From positions 85,817 to 149,816 of the IMG/VR virus record IMGVR_UViG_3300045988_128829: a stretch of DNA of 64,000 nucleotides, one strand, 5' to 3'. Source of the stretch: a virus. Made by a program: the position numbers and the translations under genes. This document shows, piece by piece, positions 57,772 to 64,000 of the stretch. Position 1 is the stretch's first letter, and the number at the start of each line of letters is the position of its first letter. Below the pieces are notes generated by a model. That model was given only the letters and a program-made list of their open reading frames with translations. It was not told the origin of the DNA and did not search any database.

Positions 57772-59847
57772 TTAAAAATCATTTAAAAAGTCGCTGTAAT
57801 CATCACTGAAAGTGAAATCGTCCTCTTCGTTTGTGATCTCTTCCTGCTTTGGAACTCTCGGCAGGACGATCGGTTCCTTACGCCCGGCTACTTCGTTGCG
57901 TACATCCTTATGTCGGCCCAGCGAGTCGGTGATCACGTGAGCAGTGAGGGTATTCGACAGGTCCTCGTTCTCTTCAAACAGCTCGCGGACGATCTCGCCG
58001 CTGCGGGCACGTTTCAGAACGATGTCATCCACATACTCCTTGTTGAAGTTGAACACCCGGTGCAGCTGTTCGGCATCACCCTCCTCACGATCTTTCAGCG
58101 CCATAGGCTGTTCGTACTTGCGTTCGAGGACGAACCTCACGCCGCCCTCTTTCGGTTCTTTCTGCGTACCGATATTCTCGACAGCGATCACCCGGTCCAT
58201 GTCGGAGGGATCGTATTTGAGGAAGAAAGTCGTGTGCCCATAACTGCGGAACTCCTTGTCGAAACATTCATACTGGAAACGATGACCGCCCACCTGCAGA
58301 TGCACGCCATCACCCCTAAGCGGGCGAGGAGCAGCTGTCTCGCCAAAAGCCAACAGGAAGTCTTCAGGGGCAAACAGCTGGCGGTCGGTTTCGGGAAGAT
58401 CGATCCACCGGTTGATGTATTCCTCGCGCTTGGTGGCGCGGTCGAAATCGATCATCTTTACCAACTGCCGGCAGCATCCTTCGAAATCGGGGAAGTCACG
58501 TTTGTGAGTCTCGATCCAGTCATCGGACACTTGCAGCTTTTGGCGGCTCTTCACGCCGTGGCCGCTGCTGTTGGGCAGAAGGCGCAGCCATTGCCGGTTG
58601 AACTGGTTGAAGAAAGGTTCGATGATCTTCGACTTTGCGTTTTTTACAGCTGCCGGAGTGTACCAGTGGCCGACCGCTTCGTAGAAACACTTCAGATGGC
58701 CTCGGCCGTAATTGTCGGTCTGCACTTGCCAGGGCTTGAAATAAGATCCGAACAGCTCCTTCACATGCTCGAAGGCGTTGCGGAAAGCCTGGCGGATCAG
58801 TGCGGCCGACTCGTGGCGACCGATGGCATAACCGATGATGTATTTGTTGAAAGGATCGACAATGGCAACGACTGTGGGACGATGATGGTAGGTTGTAACG
58901 CTTCGGCCACGACTGTCAGTGGCACGTGCCTGGTAGAACAGTTCCGTATCCCATCCGTCGACACACCAGAAGTACATCGGCGCAGTGGGGGCCGTACGTG
59001 TCACCTGCATCAGCTTGTTGTTGGCAAGTGCACTCTTTCCGTAGCGTCCGGCATAACATTCGGGATGTTCCTTGCGGTAGTTGGCAACGGTTGCACCGGT
59101 GATAGGTTTCCAGTTCATACGACCGGCAACGGCATTGTAGAGCCGTGCCACCGTCTCGTTGTCGATGTTGCGTCCGTCACCGATCAGTTCGACGATCAGT
59201 GCCTCCTGGCGGCTCTCTTTGTTCTTGCGGGCGTTGTTGTTCTTCATCTTGCCGCTGATCAGACTCTCGTAACCCTCCTCGCTGTACTTCAGGGCAACCC
59301 TTTTCAGCGCAAGATGGTTCTTGGGCAGGCGACAGCCGACGACATCCTGTATCTCGTTCAGCTCACGGCTGGTCTCCGGCCAGACGCGGTTGTAGGGTTT
59401 GCCGTATTGCTTGATGAAGAGCGAACGGTTGCCCGTCAGCTCCAAGACGGCGTTCAACGCCGAAGCGTTGGCAACGTACAACTCGACATATTCCGGCTTC
59501 AGGTGGTCGTGCGGACGCCCCTCGAAAGTCCAGCCTCGGAAGAACTGCTCTGCCATCGGATCGCGTCGGATCATCTCTTTCAGCACATAGCGTTTCGGTT
59601 CGGTTTCGAAAGTTTCCCCCTTGCGGGCTTCCACCTCCTGCTTGACGCTGTCGGGCAGGGAGGCATAAAGAACCAAAGCGGGCGTACCGTAACAGGCACG
59701 GTTCAGCACCTGCAGTTTGCCCGTCTTCTTGTAATATTTGAAGTTGGACTCCGACAGGATCGGCCGTTTCAGCGGATCAACCGCCAACGGATCGCCTGCC
59801 GTCAGCTCAGCGTATGATATGCACAGTTGATTCTTGTAGAATTCCAT
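57772..59847 (-). CDS. Mu-like DDE transposase (MuA/TnsB-type, rve integrase core; 691 aa)
   Basis: DDE triad context (WCVDGWDT ... VQTDNYGRGH ... IEPFFNQFNRQW), size near MuA, followed by a MuB-like gene. Confidence 0.8.
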   Translation of the reverse strand: MEFYKNQLCISYAELTAGDPLAVDPLKRPILSESNFKYYKKTGKLQVLNRACYGTPALVLYASLPDSVKQEVEARKGETFETEPKRYVLKEMIRRDPMAEQFFRGWTFEGRPHDHLKPEYVELYVANASALNAVLELTGNRSLFIKQYGKPYNRVWPETSRELNEIQDVVGCRLPKNHLALKRVALKYSEEGYESLISGKMKNNNARKNKESRQEALIVELIGDGRNIDNETVARLYNAVAGRMNWKPITGATVANYRKEHPECYAGRYGKSALANNKLMQVTRTAPTAPMYFWCVDGWDTELFYQARATDSRGRSVTTYHHRPTVVAIVDPFNKYIIGYAIGRHESAALIRQAFRNAFEHVKELFGSYFKPWQVQTDNYGRGHLKCFYEAVGHWYTPAAVKNAKSKIIEPFFNQFNRQWLRLLPNSSGHGVKSRQKLQVSDDWIETHKRDFPDFEGCCRQLVKMIDFDRATKREEYINRWIDLPETDRQLFAPEDFLLAFGETAAPRPLRGDGVHLQVGGHRFQYECFDKEFRSYGHTTFFLKYDPSDMDRVIAVENIGTQKEPKEGGVRFVLERKYEQPMALKDREEGDAEQLHRVFNFNKEYVDDIVLKRARSGEIVRELFEENEDLSNTLTAHVITDSLGRHKDVRNEVAGRKEPIVLPRVPKQEEITNEEDDFTFSDDYSDFLNDF

Positions 59848-59876
59848 ATCGTTCCGTTTTTAGAAATTTATCATTG

Positions 59877-59958
59877 TTCCCGGAAGCGGATTCGAACCGC
59901 TGACCATATCGCCTGAATTACCAGTTCCGATTGTTCTGCCTGACTGAACTATCCGGGA
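59877..59958 (-). tRNA. tRNA-like element, possibly tRNA-Thr(GGU) with atypical spacer lengths (82 nt)
   Basis: Perfect 7-bp acceptor stem (TCCCGGA/TCCGGGA), D arm GTTC-AGTCAGGCA-GAAC and T arm AGCGG-TTCGAAT-CCGCT. Candidate anticodon loop CT-GGT-AA has U33 and A37, but there are 3 nt before the anticodon stem and an 11-nt variable region. Confidence 0.4.
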
Positions 59959-60019
59959 TACCACCCTCGTACCGCGGGCCGCGTACCGATGCTAAACCAA
60001 AACCAATCTTAATTGAGAC

Positions 60020-60256
60020 CTAAACCGATTGTTTATCCTTGTCGCTGCCACCAAGCAGCCGAACCATCCATTCTTCGAAACGGTCCAACTCGCATAAGCA
60101 AGCCGCTTCGTTACCGATCAGCATGTAGCTGAAGAAGAACCAGACCGAACAGAGCAGACTTCCCGCCAGTATGCTGCCATGTTCCATCGTTCCGATTCCG
60201 GCAAACAGGAACAGCCAACTCAATGCCCATCCGTAAAGTATCACCTTCGCCTTCAT
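60020..60256 (-). CDS. small membrane protein (78 aa)
   Basis: ORF with two TM helices. Confidence 0.45.
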   Translation of the reverse strand: MKAKVILYGWALSWLFLFAGIGTMEHGSILAGSLLCSVWFFFSYMLIGNEAACLCELDRFEEWMVRLLGGSDKDKQSV

Positions 60257-60268
60257 AATTCTCCATTG

Positions 60269-60643
60269 TCAATTACCCAGTTGTGCCTTTGCCAGCATCT
60301 TGGTTTCAATCACGAGAGCGGGATCAGTCAGTTCCATCCAGCCGAAGCGTGTCTTCAGCAGCCGGTCTAACACCGCCCAGTTCTCCAAGCTGACGCAGTC
60401 GTTGTAGTTGTACCACTGCGTTTCGCCTGTCTTCGTATCCAACCCGGTGATTCCCCAGAACTCCTTACCCTGCTGCCCGATGACAACCTTACACGCGCCT
60501 TTCGCGATCACTACGCGGAACACCGGGCGTTCCTCCTCCTTCCTGCCGGTATAGACCAGCATACGGAAGTTGTCTTCATACGGCGCGTCCATCTCGAACA
60601 GTGCCTCACACAGCGCTTTGTAGTCGATTCTCTTTGTTTCCAT
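60269..60643 (-). CDS. hypothetical protein (124 aa)
   Basis: ORF. Confidence 0.5.
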   Translation of the reverse strand: METKRIDYKALCEALFEMDAPYEDNFRMLVYTGRKEEERPVFRVVIAKGACKVVIGQQGKEFWGITGLDTKTGETQWYNYNDCVSLENWAVLDRLLKTRFGWMELTDPALVIETKMLAKAQLGN

Positions 60644-60760
60644 CTTTTTCTGTCGTTTTTAGAATTATCTGTCTGTCCCGGCTGCGGTCTCGCTCCGCTA
60701 TGTGCGAGTCATAAGCTCTCTTGGCCGGGTGTAAGGGTTAGCAGTCTTTATATGTCGCGA

Positions 60761-61435
60761 TTAAGATTTCTCTTCGTCCCACTCGATGCACATCTGCTCG
60801 CAGATTGGCACAGGGTCGGGATAGGTGATACCTTGACTTCGGTTCTGCTTGGCCAGGCTGGTGATCCGTCGAACCACGTCTTTGCTGACAGATGTCCCGG
60901 CATAGACCTTGCGCACGTGCGGATAACTAACACCTATACCTTCTGCCACCTCTGCCAACTCGTTCCGGCTGATATAGGGCTTCACCCGCTGCTTCCATTC
61001 CTCGAAGAACGGGCGGTACTTCGGAAGGGGCAGGCGCTGGCGCTGTTGTTGCTCCCGCATGCACTCCGCCTCGCCCTTGATCCGATACTGCCCGGTCTGG
61101 CGGAGCTGGGGAAGAACCTCACCGGCTACCCAGTTGACGAAGGCATCCGCCTGCGGCTTATTACTCCGGAACGCCAGTTTGTAGAGGGCCGCTTCGTTGA
61201 TGACTGACAACTGTTGCACACCTCCGCCGCGATCACCATAAGAAGGGGTGTTAAAACTCATCATCCCTTTCCAATCATCTGGAATATTGGATAATGTAGC
61301 ACCGCTCCAAGCGATATCTAAAGCGTTTGCCACATCCTTGGCTACAAACCAAGGTTCGTTGTTCAGTTGCTGCGTGCGAATTGTTACGTTCGCCTCCTCG
61401 TTGTAGAATAAATTCAGATTTGTTTCCATTTTCAA
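60761..61435 (-). CDS. BRO-N domain antirepressor-like protein (224 aa)
   Basis: N-terminal BRO-N signature (NEEANVTIRT...EPWFVAKDVANALD). Confidence 0.75.
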   Translation of the reverse strand: MKMETNLNLFYNEEANVTIRTQQLNNEPWFVAKDVANALDIAWSGATLSNIPDDWKGMMSFNTPSYGDRGGGVQQLSVINEAALYKLAFRSNKPQADAFVNWVAGEVLPQLRQTGQYRIKGEAECMREQQQRQRLPLPKYRPFFEEWKQRVKPYISRNELAEVAEGIGVSYPHVRKVYAGTSVSKDVVRRITSLAKQNRSQGITYPDPVPICEQMCIEWDEEKS

Positions 61436-61453
61436 TCCTGTTTTAAATGGCTA

Positions 61454-61645
61454 TTAAATTATTTTTACGTGTTCCTCTTTTTTGACTGCCCCTCCAAGTT
61501 TGATAGCCATCGCCCGAATCTTCTTCGATAGCTCCGAATTAGACCGACAGTTCAATGCCTCGCTGACCGCTTTACGACTACACTGGAAGATTTCTTCTAA
61601 TTTTTTTCTGATTTCTGTGTCTGCTAAAATCTTTGCCATATTCAA
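61454..61645 (-). CDS. Cro/Ner-like small DNA-binding protein (63 aa)
   Basis: Short HTH-like ORF transcribed divergently from the repressor, at the head of the transposase operon. Confidence 0.5.
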   Translation of the reverse strand: MNMAKILADTEIRKKLEEIFQCSRKAVSEALNCRSNSELSKKIRAMAIKLGGAVKKEEHVKII

Positions 61646-61786
61646 TAATTAATGATTAATGATTATCTTTACAGCGTCAGTTACATTTGTAATGACGGTG
61701 CAATATTATAGGATATTTTCTAATTAAGCAAATATTTATAGGATAAATTCTATTCACAAGGTAAAAACAATTAGGAGGAACTCTAT
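61646..61786. promoter_or_regulatory. divergent promoter/operator region of the lysogeny switch
   Basis: 140-bp AT-rich spacer with tandem TAATGAT repeats, a direct repeat TATAGGATA x2 and an imperfect palindrome CGTCAGTTACATTTGTAATGACG. SD AGGAGG lies before the repressor ATG. Confidence 0.45.
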
Positions 61787-62494
61787 ATGGTTTTAAAGAG
61801 GCTAAAAGAATTTATTGACGCTAACAACCTGAGTATAGCGGCTTTTGAGAAAAGCATTGGTATGTCCAATGCTTCATTTGGCAAGTCCCTTAAAAATAAT
61901 GGAGCAATCGGATCTGATAAATTAGAAAATATTCTAAGCGTATATCCAGACATTAACCCAGACTGGCTTCTCACCGGTCGCGGCTCTATGCTGAAAAGCG
62001 AAGGGAAGTCACCCATGGGTGAGCAGGAAGCGGTTTTACCTGCCAAAAAGAACCTGATTCCGTTTTATGACGATGTTTCCACCATCGGTGGATTGAACGA
62101 CCGTGTTGCGAACACTGACCCCAACTCTCCATCCGAGTGGATCGATGCCGGTGACTGGTTCCCGGAAGCGACAGCCGCCATCCGTCACTATGGCGACAGT
62201 ATGGTAGAATACTCCAGTGGTTCTATCCTTGCTCTGAGACGGGTAAATGACCAACGATTAATAATGAATGGGCGTAACTACGTAATAGAGACCTCTGAAT
62301 ATAGAGTAACAAAACAACTTCAAGACGACGGAGACCACTTTATGGCTTATAGCACCAATCGGGAGACTTATCCGGATGGTCGCCAAATTCATGCGCCATT
62401 TTCTATTCCTAAAGATGCGATCCGGTATATCTATCTTGTGTTGGGCTGCGTGACAAAAGAGTATAGCAATGGCGCAATACAGATCAGGAAGTAA
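61787..62494 (+). CDS. LexA/cI-like repressor (N-terminal XRE HTH + C-terminal S24 peptidase)
   Basis: HTH with the WLLTG motif, and C-terminal GDSM (YGDSMVEY) plus a downstream Lys typical of self-cleaving S24 repressors. Confidence 0.75.
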   Translation: MVLKRLKEFIDANNLSIAAFEKSIGMSNASFGKSLKNNGAIGSDKLENILSVYPDINPDWLLTGRGSMLKSEGKSPMGEQEAVLPAKKNLIPFYDDVSTIGGLNDRVANTDPNSPSEWIDAGDWFPEATAAIRHYGDSMVEYSSGSILALRRVNDQRLIMNGRNYVIETSEYRVTKQLQDDGDHFMAYSTNRETYPDGRQIHAPFSIPKDAIRYIYLVLGCVTKEYSNGAIQIRK

Positions 62495-62525
62495 TAACCG
62501 GCGAAAGCCAATAAAATAAAAATAT

Positions 62526-62921
62526 ATGGAACTGAGAGATTTTATAAGTGAGACACTTATTCAGATTGTACAAGGAATAAACGATGCACAAAAAGCTCTG
62601 AAAGAAACTGAATGTGTAATCAATCCGAGAAATATAGAACAGGGAGATTACGCTAAAGCTATTATAAAAAACAAAGCGCACGTTGTTCAGGATGTAAGTT
62701 TTAATATAGCTCTAACAAGTACATCCAATTCTGAGGATAAAACAGGAATAGGCGTTATGTTAGGGTCGTTTGGCATAGGAGGAAACAAGACATCATCAGA
62801 TGGAAACACTTCAAATACAAATATATCTTTTAGTGTTCCTGTTGTATTTCCACCCGTAGACAATGGAAATATGCAACTACCTCATATTGTCATTCCTCAC
62901 GATAGGTCGTACCGTTATTGA
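62526..62921 (+). CDS. hypothetical protein (131 aa), AT-richer moron-like gene
   Basis: ORF downstream of the repressor. Ser/Thr/Asn-rich C-terminal half. Confidence 0.45.
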   Translation: MELRDFISETLIQIVQGINDAQKALKETECVINPRNIEQGDYAKAIIKNKAHVVQDVSFNIALTSTSNSEDKTGIGVMLGSFGIGGNKTSSDGNTSNTNISFSVPVVFPPVDNGNMQLPHIVIPHDRSYRY

Positions 62922-63062
62922 TATAATGAATAATATTATCAGCTTCAAACGCAGTTCGATTGCCATTAGGATTATGGTTACGATTTGCAAGCAGCCTTAG
63001 AACGATTTTCTTTCTAAGGCGCTTTTCTTTCCAGGCTTTTATTTTTGATAATACAGGTACAT

Positions 63063-63401
63063 TCATCGTATGCAGACTCCTTTCTCTTCATATTCCTTTA
63101 CTGTCGTTTCCAACTCCTCTATACGTTTCCGTAATCGGTTTATTTCCTTGAAAATAAGACGAACAAAACCGGTTCCGTCTTCATAGTGAGGAGTAGCACC
63201 TGACGACATGCCTATCAATTTCAAGTGTATGGCACAAAGAGCATGCCTATACATGGCCACATCCCGATGATCGTCAATAAGCGTCCGTATAATGTCTTTT
63301 CTCTTTACCATATTGTCCATGTCGTCCAGCGGCAAACGCCTTTTCCGATCTTTAAGTGTTTTATCAATAAAACCTTTCCAATAACTAAAACTTGCAGCCA
63401 T
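63063..63401 (-). CDS. hypothetical protein (112 aa)
   Basis: ORF. Confidence 0.45.
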   Translation of the reverse strand: MAASFSYWKGFIDKTLKDRKRRLPLDDMDNMVKRKDIIRTLIDDHRDVAMYRHALCAIHLKLIGMSSGATPHYEDGTGFVRLIFKEINRLRKRIEELETTVKEYEEKGVCIR

Positions 63402-63519
63402 AAAATACCTCCTTTTTTTGCAAATTTAGCCGTTTCCCCGGTATTATCCAACCTTGATATTAATAAAAACAAATATAACACACTATATATCAATTAAATA
63501 TAATTAATCATACCATACC

Positions 63520-63790
63520 AACCCTCTAAAATCATGGAAATACCCCCCGTCAATCACCTGTAAACCCTATCGTTTTAACCGAAATTAACCCAATACCCCC
63601 CCCTTGAACGGCTCGAAAATCATGAAAATACTATCCCCAACACTATCCCCAACACTATCTCCAACCCCAAAAACGTCCAAAAACGAAATGTATAGGTTGG
63701 GGATAAAAAAGGCGGCATTCCAGCTAAAAAAAGCCGAAATACCGCCAAAAACGGATTGAAACGGAATTGCATGTTTAAACTATTGTATTA
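63520..63790. repeat. repeat-dense non-coding region, candidate Mu-type element end/att or transposase-binding array
   Basis: Direct repeats AAAATCATGRAAATAC (63528 and 63616) and AATACCCCCC x2. Tandem 12-bp ACTATCCCCAAC x3 (63630-63665) with an inverted copy GGTTGGGGATA (63695-63705). ACGAAA/CGAAAT motifs and a GGCGG...CCGCC inverted repeat. Confidence 0.4.
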
Positions 63791-63793
63791 TAG

Positions 63794-64000
63794 CTATTTA
63801 CCACCTCTAATCAGGTGCGATTGTATGATCATTGCCCGTTTGGTCACTTTGCAGCTTCCATCCGTCATGCCGGCATGCAAAAGACTGCTTTTTGTGATCC
63901 CGATTTCCTCCTCTGTGAGGGTATCGAAGATCGCCGAAATAGACCCGAAATAGTAGTTCTTCTTCTCAAATATCAGATGTACGTGTATAACTTTCGTCAT
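63794..64000 (-). CDS. hypothetical ORF reaching the window edge (68 aa as seen)
   Basis: ORF starting at the last ATG of the window. Contains an HVHLI segment, but no convincing transposase signature. Confidence 0.25.
   Translation of the reverse strand: MTKVIHVHLIFEKKNYYFGSISAIFDTLTEEEIGITKSSLLHAGMTDGSCKVTKRAMIIQSHLIRGGK

Noticed and set aside
57910-59817. 635-aa + strand ORF antisense to the transposase gene, and 55417..56181 (+) antisense to the early genes
   Set aside because: These are long stop-free antisense frames expected in high-GC coding DNA. The - strand products carry DDE and Walker motifs, and these do not.
63630-63665. Triple 12-bp tandem repeat considered as a mini CRISPR array
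   Set aside because: There are no spacers between the repeats, only three units with no intervening unique sequence. It behaves as a binding-site array.
63794-64000. IS200/IS605-like TnpA suggested by an HVHLI segment
   Set aside because: The HuH-like triplet is at the very N-terminus, with no downstream catalytic Tyr context. It is too short and truncated by the window edge. Left as a hypothetical ORF.

Overview
This window is phage-derived and mosaic, and the regulatory signals point to a Bacteroidota host (several genes sit about 20 nt behind a TAnnTTTG -7 promoter element). (1) Positions 1-32.1 kb, + strand, low GC (roughly 35% by eye): a virion/tail module of a crAss-like or other large Bacteroidales podophage-like virus. 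It opens with the C-terminal part of a tail-lysozyme protein, followed by translationally coupled giant ORFs of 944, 1019, 2208, 192, 752 and 2140 aa. At 19.6-24.8 kb the giant ORFs are interrupted by an island of small accessory genes, several with strong Shine-Dalgarno sites. (2) Positions 32.1-53.3 kb, - strand, same low GC: a replication/recombination module containing an SF2 helicase, a Cas4-like PD-(D/E)XK nuclease, a DnaB-like helicase, a DnaG-like primase, an HNH endonuclease and a radical SAM enzyme. Embedded in it is an unusual flotillin(SPFH)-NfeD-acyl carrier protein cassette. (3) Positions 53.3-63.8 kb: GC jumps abruptly to roughly 50-55%, and the content becomes a Mu-like transposable-phage early/lysogeny module on the - strand. 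It carries a HAD phosphatase, a P-loop ATPase, a MuB-like AAA+ protein with N-terminal HTH, a 691-aa MuA-like DDE transposase, a tRNA-like element, a BRO-N antirepressor and a Cro/Ner-like protein. It also has a divergent LexA-like (HTH+S24) repressor with an operator region, and a repeat-dense putative element end near 63.5-63.8 kb. The composition switch falls inside the 3' end of the HAD gene while gene orientation stays continuous. This is either a genuine mosaic phage (crAss-like modules joined to a Mu-like transposition module) or an assembly chimera. No CRISPR array, rRNA or canonical integrase was found. Functions for most ORFs are unknown; the calls rest on motif recognition by eye, not database searches.
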